Origin: Octopus sinensis
Lineage: Eukaryota
DNA length: 64,000 bases
Direction: 5' to 3'
Assembly: GCF_006345805.1 (NCBI RefSeq)
Contig: NC_042997.1
Coordinates: 66,216,001 to 66,280,000 of the forward strand
In this document: positions 51,931 through 64,000 of the stretch, one piece after another
How the letters are laid out: every line of letters starts with the position of its first letter
Position numbering within the stretch: the first letter of the stretch is position 1
Made by a program: the position numbers and the translations under genes
Notes under the pieces: generated by a model
Seen by the model: only the letters and a program-made list of their open reading frames with translations
Database searches by the model: none
What the model was told of the DNA's origin: nothing

Positions 51931-54273
51931 CACTAGATCTAACAGCTTATATATATATATATACATAAAGTCAAAAATGACAGAGAAATAGTTTGGTGAA
52001 ATTTTATTTAACAATAAGAAAATTCAAATATCACAACAAATTGTTTCATAACTTAAAAAACATTAATGTAGAATGATACATTAAGGAGCTTTTTTTATAT
52101 GTACTACCAGATTACTTGAATCCATATACTGAGACTTAGTTAATTAGACAGACAGACAGACAAATATGTATATATATATCATTGTTGTCATTTATCCTCA
52201 GATCAAGCCATATTCTACTGGAGTTAAGAATAAAAGTCGTGACAATCTCGTTAGCATTTCCTAAATGTAATGTATGTGCAAATAAATTATCTAATGTCTT
52301 CCCAATTTTTTTTTTTAAAGACAGTCTGGTGTTACTCGAGGAAGATTTAGCTTTATTTGTAGCAAAATCAGCAACCACATAGAGGTTCCCTATTGTCTCA
52401 ACAGAAACAAAATGATTCCAATAGGGAACAGGAACCTGGAAGCAGATCTGATTCATTTGGAACTTACTGCTACAACATAGAGCTTGATAACCCGGAAGAA
52501 CAAAAGGCAAAGTTGACATCATCAGAATTTGAATTCAGAAAGTAAAGGGTCATAAATATATCATCATCTCATCTCGGTTGTAATGCTTGCATGGATTCTC
52601 ATGACTCTCCGTTGTCACCCCCACCCATTATTTCTGACAGGGTCATGGGGACATAGTCCTCAGGCTTGAGTCATAAAAAATCTTTCATTAGCTAATTACA
52701 CAACCATGGATGCGACCCTGATGGATGTGTTGCAGTTACTCTCTTGACAGAGCTTGGTGATCCTGACCGTTGGTCTTCTAGGATTCCTCAGCCTAGCATT
52801 AATGTAAGAAGCACCATTGGCCCAGTTGAGCTTTTCTGCTGCCTCTTTACAACCCACCATGTTACTGTCCCATGATTTCACCATATCCCTGGCAGGGTGG
52901 CTGAACAGATGCTATGCCTTGCCAAAGGGCAGTCAGTAACTATGCAGTGCACAGTTGTCATTCTGTAAGGTATTTTCAAAATACCAGCATATCCTTATAA
53001 ATATATATATAAACATGTGATCACATGACCAACCAGGCTATCAGATGTTGGACATGGCTGGCCACAATGTGCTTTTGCACTGTTTTAGCCTTCAAATGAC
53101 ATTACCCTGCTGGCTAGACAAGCAAGCCAACATTCCCCCTAGATTGGAGGGGGGCTGGAGCAACATGAAATGAAGAGTTTTGCTCATAAACACAATGTTC
53201 AGCCCGATCAGGAAATCAAACCCACAATCTAGCATTTGTAAGTGCAACAGCCTAACTACTAGGCCACGCACCTTTATGACCGAAGCAGGGTCTTTAACCT
53301 TTTTGTATATAAGTATGTATATATTAAGGTGGTGAGCTGGCAGAATCATTAGGATGCCAGACAAAATGCTTAGCAGCATTTCATCTGTTGTTGTATTCCA
53401 AGTTGAAATTCCTTCAAGATCAGCTTCGCCTTTCATCCTTTTGCCCTTTGATAAAATAAGGACCAGTTAAGCCCACAGGTCAATGTAATTGACTTACCCC
53501 TCCCCAAAATTACTGGCCTTGTGCCAAAATTTAAAACCATTATGTGTGTGTTTGTGTATATACCTTTCAAGAAGAATGTGAATTATGAAAGGCATTATCC
53601 TACAGCAGCTGACGTAGTGGTAGTAGTAGTAGCAGCCACAATATGTAGATGATAGCAACATGGATTTAAAATAATGAAGAGCAATCATATTTACTGTTGA
53701 TAAATTTCAGTGTATATTACACAATTACAATGAACATTTGACACAACAGCTATATATTCCAATATGTGCAGATGTTTTGCATGAATACGTAGGTTTTGCA
53801 GTAGTTTACATGTACGTGCTCTCAAATGTATGTATATGTTATATATAATATATAATATATATATCATCATCATCGTTTAACATTCGCTTTCCATGCTAGC
53901 ATGGGTTGGATGATTTGACTGAGGTCTGGTGAACCAGATGGCTGCACCAGACCCCAATCTGATCTGGCAGTGTTTCTACAGCTGGATGCCCTTCCTAATG
54001 CCAAACACTCCAAGAATGTAGTGGGTACTTTTACGTACCACCGGCATGAGGGCCAGTCGGGCGGTACTGGCAATGACTACACTCAAATGGTGCTTTTTAT
54101 GTGCCACTTGCACAGGAGCCAGTCCAGCGGCACTGGCAATGACCTTGCTCGAATGTCTTTCACGTGCCACCAGCAAAGGTGCCAGTAAGGCAATGCAGGT
54201 AACAATCATGCTCGAACGGTGTTTTTTAGGTTCCACCAGCACACACGCACACACACACACTCATATATATATA

Positions 54274-55128
54274 CAAGATGCGGTGAATAAACTGTCATCT
54301 AAATTACGCAGAAATGAAAATAACACTGACATCTCACTTTAGCAGGTATATTTACCAAAATTACATTAAAATATCTTCAAATACTAAAGAATAAATTTAT
54401 TCAATAAAATTGCCATTCACTTCAACTACAGCCTCCAGACAACTTTGGAATCTCTAGCAACTCTTATGGATGGTCTCCTTGTTTAAGTTGGTGAATGCTG
54501 CCATAATCCTTGCCTTAAGTTCAACTTGGTGTTACAAAGAATTTTGCTGGTCTCTCACTCAACTGCACCCCACACAATAATCAAGGGGAGTTAGGTGGTC
54601 AGATGTTGGGGATGATGTGATGGCAGAAATTGTCTGACAGCCAAGACTTGGTTCTCCTGCTAGAGTGGCATGGTGCAGAGTCGTGTTGCCAGACATAGGG
54701 TCTTCCAGCAACCATCCTCTTGACCAAGGGAAGCACTACCTCCTCCAGGCACTTGATATAGACCTCCATGTTCAGTCTGAGGCTATGTGGAAGATGAATG
54801 GAGGCATAACATCACCATCACTAGTGATCACTCCAAACACCAAGATGTTGACTGGATGTTTGATTTTTATCACTCTGAATACATGTCCTCAGATTGACAC
54901 CCAAACACTCTGAAATGTTCATATTGGAGCTTCCAGCATGAGTGCCAAGCAGTACATCATGTCTTTTCCAAATTTCTGGCAAAGTGAATTGCATCATAGT
55001 GCTGTTTTTCTCACAGACAGTGCCCAACTGACCCTACCATACTGTGTAGGCGACAAAATCAAAAACAAACAATGTGCATGTTCGAAATTAAAAATATGAA
55101 ATGGCAGCAATTTGCCCATTGCACCCTG
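54274..55128 (-). mobile_element. maT (DD37D)-type deletion derivative
   Basis: Degenerate TIRs (about 16 of 24 matching) with TA flanks; minus strand GRPYVWQHDSAPCHSSRRTKSWLSDNF..PPNSP..LDY. Confidence 0.85.
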
Positions 55129-55236
55129 TATGTATATACATATTGTTTTAATATTTCATTTAGGCATTGTGAGACTAACAACCTGGTGGAGAACTCAATG
55201 TATGTATGCCTCAAAATAAAGTGTTAGATGAGTATA

Positions 55237-55870
55237 CAAGGTCTCATCAATAGGTTTCCAGACTGTTGCCATAGTATCGAAGCTAAAGCATGCAGAGGGA
55301 AGCCACTAGGTACAGACTGATCTTGACCTCTGCTGTACATGTGCAATAAATTTTAATGTTCTAGCTCACTTCCACTGTTTACAGCAGTGCTTTGCAGTAA
55401 CGTGTGTAATGTGTGATCATCACATTAACCAGACAGAGAAAGTTGTCATGACAATACCTGTTCAGAGGCTTATGCAAAGTTGCAGAAAGTGTATCAGTCA
55501 CATATAAGTGTACAAGTGGTTCAAATGTTTCCAAGATGGCCTAAAAACTGTTGATAGTGACAAAAGTTCTGGGAGACCCAGAACCAGCAGAACTGAGAAA
55601 AACATTGCAGACGTGCCTGCAGCTGTGAAGCAAAATCATCAAATCACCATCCGTGAGTTATCAGAGGATGTGAAGATTAATTATGGTTCAGTTCAGTCCA
55701 TTATCACTGAAGATTTGGGTATGAGATGTGTATCTGCCAAGTTTGTGCCAAAACTGCTTTCAGCTAACCAAAAAAGACACTCAGATTTCAGTTGCACAAA
55801 ATCTCCTTGATTGTGTCAAGAATGATGAAAACTTTTTGGAAACTTTGCATAGGCCTCTGAGCAGGTATCA
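55237..55870 (+). mobile_element. 5' part of a mariner element (HTH region)
   Basis: YKWFKCFQDG..SGRPRTS...ITIREL..V.I.YGSVQSIITEDLGMRCVSAKFVPKLL (ORF 55508-55810); left TIR after TA; 3' part missing. Confidence 0.85.
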
Positions 55871-57767
55871 TCAAGCTTTTGGCAAAATTTGATGCAGATT
55901 CTCTGCTCAACTTTCTCTCAACAGGCGAGAGAGAGAGAAAGAGAGAGGAAGGGAGGGAGGGAGAGAGAGAGAGAGCAATACTTATATATGCATAGCCACA
56001 CACACATACGTACGTACATACATACATACATACATACATTCTACAGTAGAGATAAAATATTAGTTTGAAACTGATGATTTTACACTATTGTTACTCTGAG
56101 TTCTTGCTGTGAAAATTAGTTCAAGATACACTATTTTGTCAACAGAACAATGCACATAAAGTGGATAATAAAAACATCAATCAGACATGTTGATATCAAC
56201 AAGTTTTTTTTGTGTTGTTTTTTTTTTTCTCTTTTCTGTTGTGGTGTGTGCAGGATGAAGAGAGAGTACATCCAACTCACACTGGCATGAAAATACAGAC
56301 ATAAAAATGTTGACAATATAAGATGAAGATTTGGACATGTTGAATGTGTGTGTCCATACAATAGAAACACACACAAATGCATAAACCCATATACATACAT
56401 CATCATCAGCATATCATCATCCTTTAACATCCATTATCCATGCTGGCCTGGGTTGGACAGTTTGACCAGAGCTGGTAAGCTGGAGAGCTGCACCAGACTC
56501 CAGTCTGATTTGGCATGGATTCTACGGCTGGATACCGTTCCTAACACCAGCCACTTTACAGAGTGTGCTGGATGTTTTTTATATACTACTGGCATGAGTG
56601 CTTTTATGTGGTGCTGCACAGGTGCTTTTATGTGACACTACACTGGCACAAAAATACACATACATACGTACTCTACCAAAAAGTAAGGAGTAATAATTCA
56701 GTTTAATGTAAAATTTTTTTATCATATGTGAGGTATATTTGCCATCTCAATATGGCTAACCACTAAGGGTAGGTGTTACTGTAGCTTGTAGCCCCAGGAG
56801 AACATCTCCTCCAGCTGATACCTCACATTGTCGTGCAGTTACTGTTTATACCTCATTCAGAGATTTATTATTGCTTCTTTATCATAGTTTGACATAAAAA
56901 CAAATACTAAAATTTGTGCGTGTGTATTATCAAATTCACTCAATGTACACCCCATGCTTGTTTGCTGGTAGGTTACAGTTAGCACAGTGAAGACAACTTT
57001 CTCAAAGCACTGGATGTTAAAACACCTGAAAGCCATAGACAGGCAAGATAAATTGCACCATATCCTATTCAGGAGCGATGGACAGTGATGTTTCACCATT
57101 TTTATGGTATATCAACATGACATACCTGAACTGAATTGGAGGCAAACTTTATAGCCAGTCTATGACTATATATAAATAGTGTAAAACCCATTTGCTGGTA
57201 TGCCACAATGATGCATACATAAGAATAAATTCAAATATGAATAAGAAGCAACACTAGTGCTGTAAATGTTTTCAAACATGCATATTCAAAATGCCTACAC
57301 CTATATATATTATATATATACTTGAGAGGATTCGTTGTAGCTGATAGCAGTGTTATGTAACTGGAACTCATGCTGGTGGCACATAAATGGTACCCATTAC
57401 CCTTTTGGAGTGGTTGGTGTTAGGAAGGACATCCAGCTATAGAAACCATGCCAAATCAGATTGGAACCTGGTGCAGCTCTCCAACTTACCAGTTTCAGTC
57501 AAACCATCTGACCCATGCCAGCATGGAAAGTAGATGCTAAATGATGATGCTTTCTTCCAAGGAATTTAATGCGCTTGGCTTAGATTTTCCTTTGGGGCTG
57601 GCCAGGTCGGAGCAATCTCAAGATCAATCAGCCAAAATTGCAAGGATGATCCGGTTCTTGACTGAAGATTGAAGGCTTTGAATGTCCCGTCCGTGTTTTT
57701 TGTATCGTCTTCTAAATGTTTTGCGTTCTTGTCCCAGTTTGTATTTTTTTACATATACATATATATG

Positions 57768-57807
<40 letters not shown>

Positions 57808-57809
57808 TA

Positions 57810-58049
57810 TATACATAGAAGTAAATATATGGCACAACGAAGTACCGGTCCCACATTATCCCTTTCTAGGTGTTTCATCTTTCAGATGTTCTCCCTGGAG
57901 GTAAGACAATTTTTTTCAAGTTTGTTGCACTCACGCATTTTTGTTAGTATATACACGGTGAAGCTATACATTAGCGTCGTATTATTACGTTCGCTATTTT
58001 CCAGTAAATATCGGTACTTCGTTGTGCCATATATTTACTTCTATGTATA
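57810..58049. repeat. Perfect 38-bp inverted repeat with a 164-bp spacer
   Basis: tatacatagaagtaaatatatggcacaacgaagtaccg (57810-57847) and its exact reverse complement (58012-58049). Confidence 0.95.
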
Positions 58050-58109
58050 ATTTTCCCTCACGGGCTATTCTTTACTGGAAAGCAATACTCTCGTATTGCA
58101 TTACTATTT

Positions 58110-58143
<34 letters not shown>

Positions 58144-58157
58144 CGTATATATATATA

Positions 58158-58207
<50 letters not shown>

Positions 58208-60103
58208 GCACAGGCATGGCTGTGTAGTTACAAAGTTTGCTTCCCAACCATATAGTTTTTTTTTCGGATTCAAGTATGGTAAGACTGCCTGCCTAAACTC
58301 AGTCACTGCAGAAAAATACTGTGCCAAGTTTCATGAACTTGTGAAAGACTGTAATATCAGTTGTCAACAGGTTTGGGGGATAGGAGTGGGAGAAATGCTT
58401 GTGTGTTTGGAGCAACTCTTTGGGCCAGAAGATGCAAAAAGAGTGTGTGAATGACTTAGTTGAGAAAGACAGAAGTAAACTAGCCCTCAAAGGTTTCAAA
58501 GAATTTCATCAGGGAAGAGGTTAATTCTTACACAATGGAACAGTAAATTTAAGCACTGTTTAAGTGTTAAGTGCAGTAGTTTAATGAGTGGGTATGAGAT
58601 TTTAATAACTGGGTCAGTCAAACAATACATACTCTGGTTCAAGCAGAGCAAGAAATATCACAAGTAAGCAAATAACAAACAGAGAATATCTGGACTTGTT
58701 ATCATTACAATGCTTTGGCTTCCAACAGATGCTTATTGTATTTGGTAACATCATCTTTGTTTTAACATATATCCACAGCTGAAGTGTTAAGGCCATGCCC
58801 ACTGGTAAAGAGGATTGGCCTACAAGAATCTTGTACTGGTGCCACATAAAAACACTCATGCAGTGCCATGTTAAAAGCACTCAGCACACACTGTAAAGTG
58901 GTTGGCATTAGAAAGGGCATCCATTTGTAAAAACCATGCTAAAACAGACTGTAGCCTGGTGCAGTTATCCAGCTTGCTAGCTCTGGTCATGCCAGCATGG
59001 AAAATAGATGTTAAATGATGATAATGGTGATGATGATGATGATAATGACAGCTTTTCCATGCTTGCAGTAGTGAGTTGAAGATACATTGGAACAAAGTTT
59101 TCTGTAGCAGGATGCCCTCCCTGAATCTGAACCCCACATGTACATAAGAGGAGCAATTATAAATTACCTCCCAGCCTTTCAAACAAAAAACCCAAAACAT
59201 GCTTACATGGAGACCCAGAAACAACTGACATTGTCTCACATTGTTACTGAGGCAGCCATGTGAAGACAGAGGAAATATGAATTCACTCACATACATACAC
59301 ACATACATACACGATGGAGAGGGGTCTCTTTGAGTTCCTGTTTACCAAATTCACTCAGAAGACATTGGTCAATATGAGGCTATAGAAGAAAATACTTGTC
59401 CAAGATGCCAGATACCAAACAGTGGGACTGAACCCAATAACACACAATTAAGAAGCAAACTTCATAATCCCCATGACCATACCCGCACCTATTGGTAACA
59501 TTCACAGATGTTTGAACTGAACCATTTATTAACTCCATCAGCAATGAGGGTGAGATTGTTCTCAGTCTTCAACAGAGAAATTCAGACAAAAATTTAGGTG
59601 ATAAATTGTGTAATTTTTCAACTAGGAATTTATATACTTATATTCTTTTATTCTTTGAATTATTAATTTTTTCTCTTTTTTAATTTAATTAATCAATCTT
59701 TCATTTTACAGATTACTTATTTATCATATAAAAAACACCTTTAATGTTTTATTTTAATGTCTGTTAGCTTTTATGTCTTTATCGGAGAGAGAAATTTGAA
59801 AATAGATGTAAATTTTTTTTGTACTTATTAATTTTTATTTAGGTTATTTATTACTGTTATTTATTACCTTATTGAACTATCATATTTATTTCTTTGTTGT
59901 TGTTTTTATGATATGCATATATTTTTTATATTGACTATTTGTATTTTATTAAAGTTTAATGTAAACTTTTAGTCTTGTTTAAGGGTTTTTTTGGAATGAA
60001 GTGTCCTTAGAAACATATTTAATAGATCTGGTAACGAATGACATTCTGGAACACATTAGATTAATTATCAAAGGTATATATATGTAAATACTATACACAC
60101 ATA

Positions 60104-60142
<39 letters not shown>

Positions 60143-60704
60143 TATATATATATACACACACACAAACACATACAAATTTAAAGAATACTAGTGGAATATT
60201 GCAACAAGACAATCAACCTGGCATAAGCACAATAGGCCAGATATTGTTCTATGGACCAGGGGACAATAACCATAAAATCATGCACAACTGTAGGGATCAG
60301 CTGATGGCCAGAATTGAAAATCTCATCAAAATATTGCAGAAAAGGAGAACGTTTTTAGAAAACTAATAAGAAATCAAGAGCTCTTATATCCAGGTGATAA
60401 ATTTTCATTTGTATCTATTATCATATGTGTAATGGGCTACGTTACACTGTGAGAGAGAAAAGGTAATAGAGACAAATGAAAAGGGGGAGTAAATGACATG
60501 ATAGCTATGGGAAGTGTTATATAAATGACTGTTTTATAGTTTTGCTTTGAGGCAATAAATATTTTTGTTCTGAAAGTTAGAATTCAATTAATCATTTTGT
60601 ATAAACACAAAGAAATTTGATAAAATTTAAATAATAATTAATGAAAGTACAGCATAATTCCTGTGGCAGACGAATACTTCCAAAATTAAGTCATATGATG
60701 AGTA

Positions 60705-60884
60705 ATATATATATATATATATATATACATACATATATATACACATATATATATACATATATATATATGACTATATATATATATATGCACACACACACAT
60801 ACATAATATGACATATATATATATGCACACACACACATACATAATATGACATATATATATATGCACACACATACATAATATGAC

Positions 60885-60967
<83 letters not shown>

Positions 60968-61090
60968 GCACACACACACATACATAATATGACATATATA
61001 TATATGCACACACACACATACATAATATGACATATATATATATGCACACACATACATAATATGACATATATATATATATATATATATATA
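60705..61090. repeat. Compound minisatellite with a unit of about 38 bp (atatgcacacacacacatacataatatgacatatat)
   Basis: Two blocks of three units separated by a TA run. Confidence 0.9.
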
Positions 61091-61189
61091 GGTAAACAGT
61101 AAAAATAATTACAGACATGGACAAGAACATGAAACACCACAGAGACGACACAAGAACCACAGGACGGGACATATATATATGACATATAT

Positions 61190-61900
61190 ATCATCATCTT
61201 CATTGTCATCGCTTAACGTCCTCTTACCATGCTGGCATGGGTTGGACGGTTTGACTGAGGAGTGGTGAACCAGAAGGCTGCCCCAGGCTCCAATCTGATC
61301 TGGCAAAGTTTCTACAGCAGGATGCCCTTCCTAATGACAACCACTCTAAGAGTGTAGTGAGTGCTTTTACATGCCACCAGCATGAGGGCCAGTCAGGTGG
61401 TACTGGCAACGACCATGCTCAAAGGGTGTATTTTATGTGCCACCTGCACAGGAGCCAATCTGGCAGCATTGGCAACGACCATGCTCGAATGTTGTTTGTC
61501 ACGTGTCACCGGCACATGTGCCAGTAAGGCAACGCTGGCAATGATCATGCTCGAATGGTGCTTTTCATGTGCCACAGGCACAGGAGCTAGTCAGCAGCCC
61601 TGGCAACAATCATGCTCGGATGGTGCTTTTAACATTCCACTGGCACAAGTGCCAATCAGGCAGCACTGTCATCGGCCACATCAGCAATTTTGATTTCACT
61701 TGCCTCAATAGGTCTTCGCAAGCAAAGATTATTGTCCAATGAAGTGGGCTGGTTATACACCACTGGCATAGTCCACGGGTTATGGTCTAACTTGGCTTGT
61801 CGGGTCTTCTCAATCACAGCATATCTCCAAAGCTCTCGGTCACTAGCCACTGCCTTAGTGAGGCCCAATGTTCAAAGGCCGTTGATGATGTTTTATCAAA
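61190..61900. mobile_element. Long family C copy with about 5 internal repeats of about 62 bp
   Basis: Units ...ggcaacgaccatgctcgaatggtgcttttcatgtgccac... at 61380-61680; a three-unit version lies at 54050-54240. Confidence 0.8.
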
Positions 61901-62258
61901 AGGAGCAGTGTTGATGGTGGCAGTAGGAATAATAATAAAAGAGAGAGAAAGAGTGGGTATGTGAGAGAAGGAGGGAGATGATGTACAACTTTGTTTAACT
62001 GTCTCTTTCACAGAAATTCTTATTGCCAACATACTGAACACTATCATTTTTACTTTATTTTTTGTTTTCTTTAATACACACACACACACATATGTGTGTG
62101 TGTGTGTGTGTGTGTGTGTATTTTATTGATCCCAAAAGGATGAAAGGCAAAGTCGACCTCAGTGGAATTTGAACTCAAAGCCTAATGGCAGACGAAATAC
62201 CTCAAAGAATTTCGCCCAGCATGCTAACGATTCTGCCAGCTCACTGCCTTAATATAAT

Positions 62259-63126
62259 ACTAGCTGACATGCCCAGGAAAGCAGGGCTTATCCCTTGGTT
62301 CTGTTCTCATAATTGTTTTGCTAATCCAATAACAACAATACAAAATATGTAGCCCTTAAAACAGTTTTTGTGCATTCACAGAGAATACCAAACTGTTTTA
62401 CGCAGGATCTTGTTTTAGGAATTCCCATTAAGTTATGAATACCCAAATTGTGAAGTCAGTTATATAATAACGTTACCGAATAGTAAGAAATCAAATAAAG
62501 TAGCCCTGAAAAGGGCGTTAATGTGTTCCCAGACTATATAGAACATAGGAGGAAATACTAATAAGGTATGTATACTAAAATCATGAAGCAAGTTATGTAA
62601 TAACAGGCTAATCAGATAATAACAATTCAAAATAGATAACTCTGAAAAGGGCTTTTGTGCATTCCCAGAGAATATTACCCTCAGGAGCACTAGTGTTAGT
62701 ATATTCGTGAATAAGTCACTAACCAAAATAAGTGGACCTGTTGTTTAGGAAAATACTATTTACTTGTTTAAGGGTTGTACTGGATAAATTGCGAAAATAA
62801 TTCTAACAGTTCAAATACTAAGAAATATGCATACTCAATTTCCTTTTTATCAAATAATTTAGGAAAATGAATGGATTATTTCCCTTGGCTATATATAAGG
62901 ATCCCTTCCAAGGGCAAATGAGTTATTTCCTTTGGTTTTTAAAATAAAATATATTAGACATATATAAGGATCCCTATTATCGATTTTTTCAACAATCTGA
63001 ATATGCCATGAGCTTTCCAGACATGAATTCTACTCAGGTGTCAAAATCGATAAAACGATGTAGGAGGAGTTAGCTTTCAACTCCACAAACACGCCCACAG
63101 ACAGAATTTCCCACATAAGTAGTAGA
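62259..63126 (+). mobile_element. Non-autonomous Helitron/Helentron-like element
   Basis: Starts actagctgacatgcccagg; ends aaaatcgataaaacgatgtaggaggagtt...cagacagaatttcccacataagtagtag with hairpin ggagtt/aactcc. Resembles DINE-1/HINE-type ends (recalled, not searched). Confidence 0.5.
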
Positions 63127-63129
63127 AAA

Positions 63130-63695
63130 TAATATAATATAATAAATGTGAATGTCAGTGTGTTAGTGTATCACACTTTTTCAACTTTACTCCTAGAGGC
63201 CATAGCCCAACATATCATACCATTATGGAATCTGGCTGAGTCTGTGAGTAAATTAAAAACATTCTGGGCTACATCCGGACCCACAATCCTGAAAGTTTGG
63301 ATTCCCAAGTTGTCATTACTGTGATTGTTTTCGGTGATTTTTTTACGTGAATTTTTGCAAGAATTTTTTTTGTATGATAACAATTTTATATAATCTAAAG
63401 GCTAACTCCATGATTAAATTAAAAACATTCTGGGCCAAATCCAGACCTGCAATCCTGAAATTTCAGATTCCTATGTTTTCATTACTGTGATTGTTTTTGG
63501 CAATTTTTTTTTTTTACATGACGTTTTGTGACAAACATGATCATCATTGGGATTATGACTCTGGAGGAAGCAATTGCAACAAATTCTCCAAAACAAGTCC
63601 GAGATTTCTTTACAGATCTTCCCATTCAGGGTCAGTTGCTTAAAAGCTATATACTAGCTTAAAAGCTACCCGGCTGTTTTTAAGCTAGTATATAG
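63130..63695 (-). mobile_element. Second Helitron-like element in opposite orientation
   Basis: Minus-strand start actagcttaaaaacagccgggtagc; internal direct repeats of about 93 bp (about 63251 and 63416); 18-bp hairpin at 63647-63695. Confidence 0.45.
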
Positions 63696-63713
63696 ATATA
63701 CATATAATTATAC

Positions 63714-63750
<37 letters not shown>

Positions 63751-64000
63751 ATATATATAACAAACACACACATTATATATATATAGTGTAATAAATAAAA
63801 TATATGCATACATACAAACATATATGTACGTACCGACATCTACATGTATATATACATGCATATATAAATATATATATATGTACAGGACATACACACACGC
63901 ACGATCAGGTCTTACATATGCTTTGCCATACAGGCAACAGCTAGATAGTTTTACTGACATAAACTTTGCCCTTCATCCTCTACCAGGAGGGCATAATTCA

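Noticed and set aside
52136-52522. 128-aa minus ORF, and a plus-strand acceptor followed by DSLVLLEEDLALFVAKSATT*
   Set aside because: It starts inside a SINE, has no recognisable domain and no partner exons
58481-58520. Minus-strand cc-CTGATGA-aattcttt-GAAAC-cttt-GAG-gg
   Set aside because: It lacks U16.1/NUH and its stems are only 2 bp, so it is compatible with chance
60170-60366. Open frame of about 65 codons (ILQQDNQPGISTIGQILFYGPG...)
   Set aside because: No credible splice sites or known motif
61380-61680. Regular repeats of about 62 bp that superficially resemble a CRISPR array
   Set aside because: Degenerate tandem units without unique spacers, inside a common interspersed repeat, in eukaryotic DNA with no cas genes

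Overview
AT-rich, repeat-saturated eukaryotic DNA, either intergenic or deep intronic. The SINE, microsatellite and transposon inventory resembles an octopus (coleoid cephalopod) genome; this is an inference from recalled repeat families. No intact host protein-coding gene can be supported, and most ORF-track entries are translated microsatellites or repeats. What is supported is a layered mobile-element record: (1) a decayed Penelope-like element (PLE) with a C-terminal GIY-YIG endonuclease whose GIY and YIG motifs lie about 140 codons apart, followed by a nearly canonical type I hammerhead ribozyme (6182-6249), plus several degenerate hammerhead-like motifs elsewhere; (2) a full-length mariner split by nested mariner derivatives and a SINE with a 15-bp TSD; (3) two maT (DD37D) deletion derivatives, further mariner, hAT and piggyBac-like MITEs with verifiable TIRs/TSDs, a hAT transposase relic, RTE and R4/Dong-like LINE fragments, and Helitron-like elements; (4) dozens of copies of about four SINE-like families; (5) several perfect or near-perfect hairpins. 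Boundaries of decayed repeats are approximate. TIR, TSD and hairpin coordinates were counted by hand.
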